A stretch of 64,000 bases of DNA from Octopus sinensis (taxonomy: Eukaryota). The stretch is taken from NCBI RefSeq assembly GCF_006345805.1, contig NC_043004.1:23622001-23686000 (forward strand), written 5' to 3'. The first letter of the stretch is position 1; each line of letters starts with the position of its first letter. The translations under genes and the position numbers were made by a program. The notes under the pieces were generated by a model. The model saw only the letters and a program-made list of their open reading frames with translations. It had not been told where the DNA came from and made no database searches. This document shows positions 11,272 to 26,165 of this stretch, piece by piece.

Positions 11272-11280
<9 letters not shown>
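10883..11280 (+). mobile_element. Hammerhead-bearing fold-back element (palindrome 10883-11197 plus unique 3' tail) inserted in (AT)n
   Basis: Loopless palindrome centred at 11039/11040 (cagtgtcaattgacactg); absent from the paralogous site at about 14400-14560. Confidence 0.85.
11062..11104 (+). ncRNA. Minimal type I hammerhead ribozyme, canonical core
   Basis: Stem I ccac/gtgg; CUGAAGA 11066-11072; stem II ttgtc-gatcaa-gacaa; GAAA 11089-11092; stem III C-gatt-G; GUA triplet with predicted cut after 11100. Confidence 0.8.
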
Positions 11281-11341
<61 letters not shown>

Positions 11342-13165
11342 CATATACACATATGCATATACAAAACATATACATACATATGTATACGTATATCTGCGTA
11401 TTTAAATATAGAAATATTCATATCTATGGTATGTGGTAGTGTGTATTGGTTGACATATAAATAGCCACAGGGAAATAAACCTCACATAATACACACACAT
11501 AAATGTATATATGCACATACATACATATAAATAAATAAGGATGCGTGTGTGGTTGGGCATTTCTTTCTTTTCCCGTATGTTCTTTTATGCGTGTGCTTAT
11601 TCTATCGTGCCGATTTTGCGAACCACTAAGCTACGGTCGTGGGCGATGTAAACACACCAGCACCTATTGCGAATCCTCGGTGGGACACACACACACACAC
11701 ACATACAAATTAGTTATAAGATCGAATAGAATCTACGCACATCAACACGTGGGGCGCCAGAAATGGCTAGGCTCAATCAGCACTGAGTTCACAGTGGGAT
11801 AAACAACAATGACGGTATGAAGTGTTAGTGGAATACTGCTGATATGTAAATCCAAATCCAAATCCAAATTAAACCGTAGATACTACTCTGGGGTTGGTTC
11901 CAGGTGTGGCGTAGGTATAAAAAAGAAATGAGGTTAAAAATTTATGACAGCTGTTTGTGTACAATTTTATTGATATATTCATAGACTAAATTAGTAGGTA
12001 CCGCAGTCCACTAAGTTGTAAGTAGGCACTATAATCTCACCTATCTAATAGGTGCTAAGTATTACTTAGAAAATAGATACAATAGTATTCCTACATGAGT
12101 AGGTGCCACAGTCTACCTTAGTGGAAAGTAGGTACCACCAACTTATGTCTATAATACGTCCTACAGTCTCATTTTTGCAAGTTGGTACCGAAGTTTCATT
12201 TCTTTCGTAGATCTAATGGTTTCTTTGGAGTTAGGCAGAATTAAAGACGTAACAGAGGTGCCCACAATACTTAATTTCTGTTCTAAATTCTTAAGTCTAT
12301 AGTAGACGAGAACATAAAAGAATTGACAATTCATTTATAGTGTCTGAAAAAGGTAATTAACGTGCTTAAGGTCACACATTACTTATGCACACGAAAGAAC
12401 TAACTTCTTCGGAGCTGAACAACTGATTACTTATAATTCTTCCAGTCTTTTGCATAATTTGATTATGTGAATCGTAGTGTTCAGATATATTGTGCAGGGA
12501 GAAAGAAATGATAGGATGGTCACATCTGAAACACCCTTGATCAGTAGTCTGCAAGATCAGGGCTGATCAGGAGTTAAACAATAACAACTGTAGATGACAT
12601 CATAAGAATTTAGAAACTTCGAGAGAACGTGAAGTAGTTCTACTTTGAAACAATGGATTTTGAAACACAAACTATAAATAATACTACGTAAATATTGGGT
12701 TGAAAAACACTTTTAGAGAGAAAAAAGTCGAGAGGAGCCTCGATATTTTCAATCCAAAAGAGTTTTCGAGCCCAATTTTACATGCTGCTTTTTATAGTTG
12801 TATGTGCTTCGAGATTCATGTTCGAATAAATAAATAACAACTGTTACAACAATATATCTATTCAAGCTGTGATAAATTCTATTTGGTGGAAAGAAAGCAC
12901 GTGGTTCATTGAGTTGGTTTCGATTCCCAGTAGAAGACAATACAAGTACATTTATAACAGCTCTGACATTACCGAGGAAGGTGTGACAGTCATATAACCT
13001 TAATCTCACTCTCTTATAAATATGTAGATGCTTGAACGTAAAGAAGATATCAATTTACCATTTCCAAATGGAAACGTAAATTCTGTCGAGAATATTCACA
13101 AGACCTTTGCTTAGTTATATATCTAGATACAGCTTCCTTCCACCTTTATCACCTCCACCCAGTAG

Positions 13166-13264
13166 AGGAGAAGAAGAGCAGCCACAATAAGAGAAGTGGC
13201 TACAGCTCTGTCTCTAACACATGAACAAATGGCGAGAGAAAGCAAGAGAAACCGTATTAAGTTT
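13166..13264 (+). CDS. Candidate 99 nt internal exon, RRRRAATIREVATALSLTHEQMARESKRNRIKF, unidentified protein
   Basis: Pyrimidine tract then cccagTAG acceptor; ttt/GTGAGT donor; only one frame open; not a repeat seen elsewhere in the window; no protein family recognised. Confidence 0.35.
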
Positions 13265-13734
13265 GTGAGTAACTAATACAGTAGAAAGTTTGATAATGTC
13301 CGTTAAGTGGCATTAATGTTGGAGTATGTGACGTTTTATTAAACATCATTTCCTCAACCCACACTCTCCTTCCTTACACTTTGGTTCTTTCACTGTCTTT
13401 GATGATCATGTCAGATGTGGATGATAAATACGATCAACAAGGAAAAACTATTTTATGTATTGCAAAGAGGGGAATAAAGTAGAAAATTGTCAGTGGATAC
13501 AACGTTAATAAAAGTTGGAAGATTTTTCTAATGGGGTTTCTTCTTCCTTGCACTCACACTAAGATGCTTGTATGCGTGTGTGTTTGTGCATGTGTGTATG
13601 AGTGTGTGTGTGTGTGTATTCTATATAAGTATACATGTACATATATACATGCATATATATGCATATATATTTATTCGTATACATATGCTTCTATGTGTGT
13701 ATACATATTTATACATATATACGTACACACACAT

Positions 13735-13766
<32 letters not shown>

Positions 13767-13912
13767 TATATACACATATGTGTGTTTATATGCGTCTGTA
13801 TATGTGCGTATTTCCAGAGGTGTAGATGTGAATACATATAATGTACATACATATATGTACTCACCTACGCACACACATGAACATAAAACATAAATATATG
13901 TATATATATATA

Positions 13913-14030
<118 letters not shown>

Positions 14031-14458
14031 ATACTATAGGTATATATATATGTACTTAGATAAGTATATAGATATATAAAACTATATATGTGCATATATA
14101 TATATAATATCTTAAGACACACACGCATACATGCATCCATACATACACACACATCCAACACACATATATAAGGATTCGTTCACTTCATATAGATGGCTCT
14201 CAGCCAGAATTTCCAAGAATGAATAGTCGATCACCTAAAATACTAAGCTCCATAAATTAGCGTGCACGTGGCTGAGTATACCAAATACACGCACTCTAGT
14301 GGAATCAACGCTACGCAGCCTGGCACACCAAGACGTTGAAATAAGGATAGATGGTTAAATTTTAAACCATTCGGCTATCTACCTTCCATTCCCCCATACA
14401 CACACACATATATATATATAATTATATATATACATATATATATTTACATATATATATG

Positions 14459-14490
<32 letters not shown>

Positions 14491-14514
14491 AATGTGTGTG
14501 TAACTTTATATATG

Positions 14515-14561
<47 letters not shown>

Positions 14562-14659
14562 TATACAAACATATACATACATATGTATACGTATATCTGC
14601 GTATTTAAATATAGAAATATTCATATTTATGATGTGCGTGCGTGTGTGTGTGTGTGTGT

Positions 14660-17735
<3,076 letters not shown>

Positions 17736-18759
17736 CACATATATATTTCAAACAGCAATAATATACGAACATACATATGTATAAGTATGGCGTGTGTATG
17801 ATCGCGGGTGTGAGTTTCTATGAATATTATTGTTTATTTTATAACCTAATAGATATATATTTTGCTCTCGAGATAGAAAATGATAAAGTTTCATATATTT
17901 ATAACGATTAGTTTCCTGAAATTGGAGACACAGGCGTCTCGAGAGGTCTTTTGATTATGTATCAAACTGTATTTTTTTAATCTATTGCAAGCATCACGAA
18001 ACTCTTTGGAAGTGTGAACTCACCCTACCCTCTCTTTCTTTCTCTTGCTCTCTCTCTCTCGAGTATACGCAGTAGTATCCATGAGAAGACATTCACGTTA
18101 ACTCTACAAGTTAATTGTTATCAGTTATACCTAAGATAACGTTATATGGACTGTATGCTGTATTTATTATTTGATGCAATACCGGAGGCATTTAAACAAT
18201 TGACCCCTAAGAAAATATGCCAGTCATGCAAGGATCCTGCAACTAACTAGACAAAACAAAGACAATGACATGGATTCTGCGTGGTCACACACAAGACCAC
18301 GAAAACTATATATTTATATGTTCAGAGTGTCACAGCGCTCCACCTCACAATCTATAACAGCATGCAAAAAGTATGGATCCATATCTGTTCGGTAACATGG
18401 TATATCTGTAACAATAGATCTTTAGTTCCCACTTAGTTGCGCCTATGTGCGTATGTATACTCGGTTAGAGCGGATTTGGGCCTAAACAACAGCAGTAACT
18501 GTGTTATGTGGTTAGCTTGTTAGACGTTTTGCAATCGAATATTTCTGTCTTCTTACTCCACTATCTGATACAACATGAGTTCGTTTTTGTAGATTTTCTA
18601 AGAAAGTGTCAACGATACAACTAGTGAATACTGTAACGTTCCGGAGTATTATTACTACTCTCTAGTATATCTAATATGAGGAACAATGATCTCTTCCCGG
18701 AGCTTCTAACATAGACTCAAGGTTAGAAATTTAAGGAAGAGACAAACTGATTTTATCGA

Positions 18760-19510
18760 CCCAGGACTTGACAGATATTTTTAAAAATCAATTTCAAAGT
18801 TAGGTACAAGCCAACAATTTCGGGGTAAGAGGCAAGTCGATTACATTGGCCTCAGTGCTTAAGTGGTCATTATTTTATCAACTCCAAAAGAAAGACAAAG
18901 TCGACCTTGGTGGAATATTACCCTGTATGCTAACGATTCTGCCAGCTCACCACCTGAGGTATTTTCTTTCATCAACTCCGGAAGAATGAATGGATCAGTT
19001 GATCTCAGCATCATTTGAGGTTAGAACATTAAAAACCAGAACAAATACAGCAAGGCACTTTCCCGTCACTTTGCAATTGTGCCAATCCATTTCTTTAGAA
19101 ATAATTGTTTCTAAGTTTTGGCACAAGGTTAAAGCGGTGAGTTGACAGAATCGTTATCAGGTCGGACAAAATGCTAAATGGCATTTCTTCTGCCACACTA
19201 AGTCCTGCGTTCAAATTCAGCTGAGGACGACATTGTCATATATCCTTCCGGGATCGATTAAATTGCACTAACTGATCACTGGGGTTGATGTAATCGATTA
19301 GATACATCCCTCAAAATTTCAGGCCTTGTGCCTATAATAAAAAGAATTTAGACACAAAGGAAGAAATTTTTAGGGGGAGGGGATGAACCGATTAAATATA
19401 TTTGATTGATATTTGATTAAATTACTCGATTGATATTTGATTTTATCGAATTCGGAAGTATTAAAAGCAAAATCGATCCCTACAGGATTTGAACTCGGGA
19501 CGAGAAGGGT
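18760..19510. mobile_element. Cluster of four diverged SINE family B copies in mixed orientation
   Basis: Repeated ttttatcgacc / gtcgaccttggtggaat / gttcaaattcagctgagg motifs. Confidence 0.7.
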
Positions 19511-20227
19511 TATTACTAAATGATAATAAAGTAACCACAAATGAACCTATTTCTGCCAGAGTCCCCTAATGGACATTCCTGTTACATGTTCTGCTAATAA
19601 GAGAGAGAAAACATTTCTGTACATCAATTGGATAAGTAATGGTATTGATTAGTTCTTTAGTTCACTTAATCTAATGGATAGATTGGATTATAGAAAGCAA
19701 GGATTAAAACAAAGAATACAAGTTACAAAAAGTACAAACAAAATATACAAAAGCCAACCCGAAAACTAATGGAAGTTCTAGGTTTTATGCGATTGCTACC
19801 AAAACACAAATGGAAGGGTTATGGTAGGTTAAATAAAGGCAGGAAAGAAACCATGAGGCAATCAGTAAAAATCTAAAATGGCGGAAAAGTCAAGTTGAAT
19901 CATGATATAAAAGAATTGACGAAGAAAATATAAAATAGATAAACAAGTTGTTGAGAACTTCGAGTAATTCGAAATTGGCTAAAGAAAGTTTGTTTACTTC
20001 ATCTTTAGCAAAACAACAACACGATGATGACGACAGACAAATGTAAGTTTAATAATAAAGAAAGCCCATTAGTTCATAAGTTTCTGTTCGTCTAGCCATA
20101 TAATCTAATGAAAAAACTTTATTGACTTTCCATGTTTTTTGGGGTTTGTCGTTTTTAATTTTATTATTTTGCGGCTACTTTTCTCCAAATTGTTATCAGC
20201 AAAAGATGTAAATTGTGATTAGTGTTA

Positions 20228-20282
<55 letters not shown>

Positions 20283-20285
20283 CAT
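20228..20285. repeat. (ATT)n microsatellite
   Basis: Direct reading. Confidence 0.95.
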
Positions 20286-20622
20286 TGTTATTCATATAAT
20301 GCTTTTTAACTGTTTCGTGTGAGCTCCTGCTGCATCATCAGATGCACCTTTGTGTTTGGAACTGTGTGCAGTATTGTATTTTGGGAATATAGAAGTGTAT
20401 CTGTTTGCTTTGTAGTGAAGAGCTTGTGTTGTTGTCTTTGGGTTTGGTGTTTTATTTGCTTGCTGTTATGGAGCATGTTTAATAAGAATTGTGTTATTTT
20501 GTTGAGCGGTAAATGTATTCCATATGTTGTGCGTTTTAATGCTGGCTAGTCATTGTGTAAATATGTATTGTGTGGGTTATATTATATTATTGAATAATGA
20601 TTATATAAAGTTTGTGTTGTGC

Positions 20623-21045
20623 GGAGGCGCGTAGCTTGGTGGTTAGGTTGTATCACTCGTGATCATAAGATTGTGGTTGCGATTTCTAGACCAGACAATA
20701 AGTTGGGTTCTAGAGTTGTGCTCCGCAACCTCCTTTCACTTGCGGTACACTTATATCCTTTTCAAAATTCAGTGGTACATCTGAACTAAAAATATAACTT
20801 AAAGTACAGGGAAAAAAATTATATTCACGTTACACTGCGACACACATAGCATCGTCTCGTGTCACACCAGTGTTTCGCGACACACAGATTGCTATAGAAT
20901 CTAAAGCAAAACACTTCATTTCACGTTCCTCCAATCCACTTATGTGGCAAAAATGAGTAATCCTGCGACGGATCGGTGTCCCGTCCAAGTGGGGGAATAA
21001 ATAGGCCACAGACCCCGGAAAACTGGCCTTATGAATCTATGAGTC
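20623..21045 (+). mobile_element. SINE family C split by a putative hAT MITE
   Basis: Head ggaggcgcgtagcttggtggttagg; body resumes at gcaaaacacttcatttcacg (about 20906). Confidence 0.75.
20716..20898. mobile_element. Putative hAT/Charlie-like MITE remnant
   Basis: Flanked by imperfect 8 bp repeats ttctagag / atctaaag; subterminal gcggtacac and gcgacacac motifs; termini decayed. Confidence 0.4.
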
Positions 21046-21061
21046 AAGAAGGACCTTTGAT

Positions 21062-21282
21062 GGCGGCGAACTTGTAGAATCGTTAGCACGCCGAGCGAAA
21101 TGCTTACGTCTGTCTTTACATTCTGAGTTCAAATTCTGCCGAGGTCAACTTTGCCTTTCATCCTTTCGGGGTCGATAAATTAAGTACCAGTTACGCACTG
21201 AGGTCGATGTAATCGACTTAATCCGTTTGTCTGTCCTTGTTTGTCCTCTCTGTGTTTAGCCCCTTGTGGGCAATAAAGAAAT
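21062..21282 (+). mobile_element. SINE family B with 16 bp TSD
   Basis: TSD aagaaggacctttgat at 21046-21061 and 21283-21298. Confidence 0.9.
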
Positions 21283-21354
21283 AAGAAGGACCTTTGATCC
21301 CTTTTGAAAGTATGTGTTGTGTGGTTTTATGTTATATCAGTGAGTGCTAATTAT

Positions 21355-21665
21355 GTGAAGGCGCGTGGCTTTGTGGTTAGGGTATTCGACTCACAATCGT
21401 AAGGTCGTGAATTCAATTCTCGGTGTTGCGTTCTGTCCTTGAGCAAGTTACTTTATTTCACCTTGCTCCAGTCCACTCAGCTAGCAAAAATGAGCAGTAC
21501 CTGTAATTCAAAGGGCCAGCCTTGTCACATTTTGTGTCACGCCTAAATTACCCCGAAAACCACGTTAAGGGTATGCGTGTCTGTGGAGTGCTCAGCCACT
21601 TGCACGTTAATTTCACGAGCAGGTTGTTCCGTCGATCGGATCAATTGTAACCCACGTCGCCGAAA
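21355..21665 (+). mobile_element. SINE family C, long-tail variant
   Basis: aggcgcgtggctttgtggttagg...gctccagtccactcagct...gagtgctcagccacttgcacg. Confidence 0.85.
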
Positions 21666-23029
21666 CCGCTGATTATGTAAAGCCAGCTGACTATGTAAAG
21701 TATGTATTGTGTAGTTTATGTTGTATAGTTTTTGAGTAATGTGTATGTTGTGTTGTATTATTTAGTGGCAATAGAGCAAAAAGTGAGTTTATGTCGTTTC
21801 TGTTTTTGTTATTCATTGCGAAGAATATTCAACTTGATTCTGCCACTTAGACATTCAATCATATCTATTTAGATATTTTGAAGCATTTTCTCTTTTTCTA
21901 TTCTCATTTTGCATTTTGTTTCTATGTGAAACTATGTGGGAAAAAATGACTAATACTGAAAGGAAAACTCGATGAAATATTGAACTATTGCTAATATATG
22001 AGAAAAAAGATAGAAGAATTATTGTATTACATGATTGAGATGAACATCTCAACGAAATGTTTAGACGCAGATGAGACGTAAAGACGTCGAAACCACTACT
22101 CCTCCACACACACACAAAAACTATTATAACACAGAGAAAGATTCATCTGTAAGCATATAACAAGTATATATCGTGATTCTGCCTTCAGTATATACTACTA
22201 CCACAACCACCACCACCGGCGCCACCGCTACTACTACTACTACTACTACTAATACTACTACTACTAACTACTACTACTACTACTACTACTACTACAGTAT
22301 TCAATATCTCTATGGTGTTAGTAACAATGTTGATAGTGATGACAAAATGAAAGTGAAAAATTTGGAGAATATATAAAAAGAAAAACAATTCGTTTCACAA
22401 ATTTATTTTTTTCCATAAACTCTAAAAGCCAGAAATTCTTAAACAATATATAGAATCATGGGATAGAAAATAAATTCAGTATTCATGAACTACACCACCC
22501 TTGAGTACAGTAAAGTTTACAATTACTAAGGTACTGCATTCTACAGTACTAATGCAATATACTATACTTACAGCATACTGTAGAGTATAGGACATCACTC
22601 TACAATCCATTGAAGTTCAATGACGACTCTTCCGTCGTAGATGACGCATGAGTGTTCAAGATTTTTTGTCGAAAGTCCTTCACAAATGATTTGTTTTAGG
22701 GATCAGATGCATATGCCGTATATCATTTCATTCCCCTCCATGAAATCGACGGTGTACAGTGCATCTGGTGTCGAAGTGATCGCTAAGCAACATGATTTGA
22801 AGTGTTTTGCTTAAAAACACAGCGAACGACCGTCTCTAAGAATTGAAACTACTCTCTCACGATCGTCAGTTCAACGCCCTAACCAGTAAGCCATGCGCCC
22901 TCCTATATTAAAGTACAGATATAGTACAATATTCTGCTGCTCATTATATCGTGAGTACATTTTACCATAGTACAGAACAATACAACATACCATACTAAAA
23001 TACTATAAGTATACTGCAGTATACTAAGG

Positions 23030-23420
23030 GAGCGAGCTAGTAGAAACGTTAGCGCGCCGGAAGAAATGCGTAGCCGTATTTCGTCTGCCGTTCCGTTCTT
23101 TGTTCAAATTCCGTCAAAGTCGACTTTGCCTTTCATCCTTTCGGTGTCGATGAATTAAGTACCAGTTACGCACTGGGGTCGATATCATCGACTTAATCCG
23201 TTTGTCTGTCCTTGTTTGTCCTCTCTGTGTTTAGCCCCTTGTGGGTAGTAATGAAATAGGTATTTCGTCTGCCGCTACCTTCTGAGTTCAAATTCCGCCG
23301 AGGTCGACTTTGCTTTTCGTCTTTTCACGGCCGACAAATTAAGTAGCAGTTGCGTACTGGGGTCGATCTAATCGACTGGCCCCCTCCCCCAAAATTTCTG
23401 GCCTTGTGGCTAGAGTAGAA
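23030..23420 (+). mobile_element. Dimeric SINE family B
   Basis: Same gaaata/ggtatttcgtctgccg junction as at about 15625, but a different tail on the second unit. Confidence 0.85.
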
Positions 23421-23754
23421 AAGATATATTTCAGTATACTAGAGAACTACAGTATACTATGTTACACCACAGTAGCGTATACACTGGATTACAGTACACT
23501 TTTGTGCTACAATGCTCTAATGCAGCAAACTAGCAAAATTATTAGCACGCCGGGAAAAATGCTAAGCGGCATTTCGCCTGTCTTCACGGTATGAGTTCAA
23601 ATTTCGTTGCGGTCGACTTTGCTTTTCATCCTCTCGGGGTCGATAAAATAAGTGCAAGTTGAAGACTGAGGTCGATTTAAATCCTCTTAGCCCCTCACCA
23701 CCCTCAAACTTGCTGATGTTGTGCCAAAATTAGAGTACATTACACTATATTTAC

Positions 23755-23965
23755 TATGTAGAGGCGCGTGGCTTAGTGATTTGGGTGTTGTATTCATCAT
23801 TATAAGGTTGTGCTTTCGATTCTTTGACCGGGAAACACTTGATTTTGCATAGCTTCGGTCCACTCAGCTGGCAAAAACGAGTAATCTTGCGACGGACTAG
23901 CTTTCTGTCCAGGTGGAAGAATGTATACGTCACAAAATCCGAGAAATTTGCCTTATGATCCTATG
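23755..23965 (+). mobile_element. SINE family C
   Basis: gaggcgcgtggcttagtg...gtccactcagctggcaaaaacgagta. Confidence 0.8.
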
Positions 23966-24186
23966 GCTCGGCAAGTACATTTGGTCCTTTTTTTCCTTTC
24001 GATACCATACTATAGTACACTACACTCTATTGCACAATACTACAGAACACTCAGGCAGAATATAATCCACTAAACTGTAGACACAACATTTCAGCACACT
24101 ATAGAAAACTACCAACACTACACAACTTGGCGTATAGTAGTGAATGTGTACATTACGTATAATTCCTTCGTTATATTGTGTTTATA

Positions 24187-24756
24187 TTGGATTGTCCGGA
24201 AAGTTCATGCCGATTTATAGTAGCTTAACTTTCGACTTATTTTAGAACATGGTTGAGTCCATAAAATAGGATTTGACTACACCTTTATTTAGAGCACAAT
24301 TTAAGCTATCTTTTCGTGGAAGAAGGTTTATGTTCCTATAACCTGCGTTCATTCTGTAACCCTTTAAAATGGAAGGAAGATAAGAAAGTTCATTTTCGGC
24401 ACTTGATGCTTTGGGAACCAGACAAAAATTGTTGTAGCTCGGCTGGGATGTGTTACCCCACCCTCCATATTCACCAGATATTGCTCCTTTGGATTTCTAC
24501 TTATTCAGGTCTCTGCAGAATAGTCTTAAAGGTGAAAATTTCAATTCCTTGGATGACGTAAAAAGATACCTTGAGGAATTCTTTGCCATGAAACCCCCTC
24601 AATTCTGGGAAGAGGGTATTTTCAAGTTAAAGGAAAGATGGAGACGCATTGTGCAACAAAATGGTTCATATTTGGTTGATTAAAAATGTAATGGCAAGTA
24701 TTTATTGACCTTTTCCTTTCCTTTAAAAATCGGCATGAACTTTCCGGACAACCCAA
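24187..24756 (+). mobile_element. Internally deleted mariner element with TIRs and TA TSD
   Basis: TIR ttggattgtccggaaagttcatgccgattt and its near complement ending at 24756; TA on both sides; N-terminal DKKVHFRHLMLWE fused to the C-terminal part. Confidence 0.95.
24450..24683 (+). pseudogene. Mariner transposase C-terminal fragment
   Basis: HPPYSPDIAPLDFYLFRSLQNSL...WEEGIFKLKERWRRIVQQNGSY; YSPDLAP-type motif. Confidence 0.95.
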
Positions 24757-25779
24757 TACTTTAGAATTTCTCAGCTCTGTAAGAAATTGCTGACCTTAAA
24801 TTCAAAGTCAATATAATCACAACATTTGATATCCCCACCTTTCTCTTCCCCTCTCCCCCTCTTTCTCTCCCCCTTCTCTCTCCCCCTCTCTCTCTCATTA
24901 TTCCCTCATTCTTCTATATCTTTCGTTAGTCTACTGTTTCGTCTTACACTTTAATTATCTCTAATCCGTGTTATAATGTCTCAAGTCTGTGTTTTATTCG
25001 TCTTCAGTATTGCCAATGATGGCTCACATGAATTATTTATAGTTTGCTCCAGTAACATCTTGTCGACACACAGACAGATACAATCTACAAAACTAATAAC
25101 AACACTTAGGTAACTCACTGCTTCGTTCAGAAGCCATTATCTTACTGTATTGTCAGTATAAGCTAATAAGTTAATACACGCCCATGCTAACAACTACATG
25201 CACGTATTTAAACAAAAATAAATAAATAAATAATTATACACACACACACACACATACCTATACATATTCATATACATGCATTCATTCATATATGTGTGAG
25301 TGTATAGATGGATAAAGAAATAGACATATATATGTATATATAAGTAAACACATACTTCTATAAGTACACACGCGCGCACACACACACGCACACACATAAG
25401 ACTATGCTGCTAAAGAACATCAATAGCAAATACCAGCTATATACTGGATTCAATATGTCCCCCTCCCCCGTAAAATGTTTGCGTCTAAGTCAGAAGAGAT
25501 AATTTTGAACTTTAGTTTACAGAAGATGGACCAGATAAAACATAATTTCACGAAAGAATTAATGTTGGAACACCTTTGTAATTATTTTATAAGATAAAGA
25601 AACGAGAATTAGTATAGTAATTAAGTTTGGGACTCAACACACAAAAGCATAGTCTCTAACAAACGCATAAATATATAAATTAACGTGTCTTCTAACATGT
25701 ATATCTTCAGTAAGCTGACCCCGTATTACAATAGTGCTTTAGCTCATAGTGATTTCAAAGACAAAATTGCATATATCAT

Positions 25780-26165
25780 TAACCACTACCCTCCCAAAGA
25801 TATGAAATCTGACCAATCGTAATCCATAATCCTGCAGAGAAGTTCAGCTGGCTCCTGGTACCAAAGACGTTCAGGTGGCTTCTAAGTGCTTCGGACATTG
25901 TCCAAGCCTCACAATTATAGAGTAGGACAGAGAGGACCAGAGACCAAAAGAACCGACACATTGTCGTACTTCTCAGATACCTGCAGTGCCAAATACCACT
26001 GTCAAAAGAGTCTACAACTGCATCAGCTCGTCCAAGTCCTTTTATGACTTCAGACCCGCAGCTAATGCTGCTATGTATCTCATTACTGAGATAAGTGACG
26101 CGGTCAACAGCTTCGATATTCTCACCCACAACATAGACAGACGACGTGGTGTCCTTCAAGAAGCC
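25780..26165 (-). mobile_element. RTE-clade LINE remnant, RT C-terminal region
   Basis: EAVDRVTYLS...SLVLSVLLYNCEAWTMSEALRSHLNVF. Confidence 0.8.

Larger units (their letters stand above)
10488..11990 (+). repeat. Older paralogue of block 14128-15170
   Basis: 10488-10780 aligns with 14128-14400 and about 11350-11990 with 14560-15170, with scattered substitutions and indels. Confidence 0.9.

Noticed and set aside
19988-20048. Possible 34 nt exon (tttag/caaaac...caaat/gtaagt)
   Set aside because: Good splice signals but too short and low in complexity to support without RNA data.
20296-20350. Minus-strand CTGATGA...GAAACAGTTA
   Set aside because: Stem II is not adjacent to the core and stem I is missing; at most a decayed motif.
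22173-22376. Thr-rich mucin-like ORF
   Set aside because: Produced by an (ACT)n/(ACC)n microsatellite.
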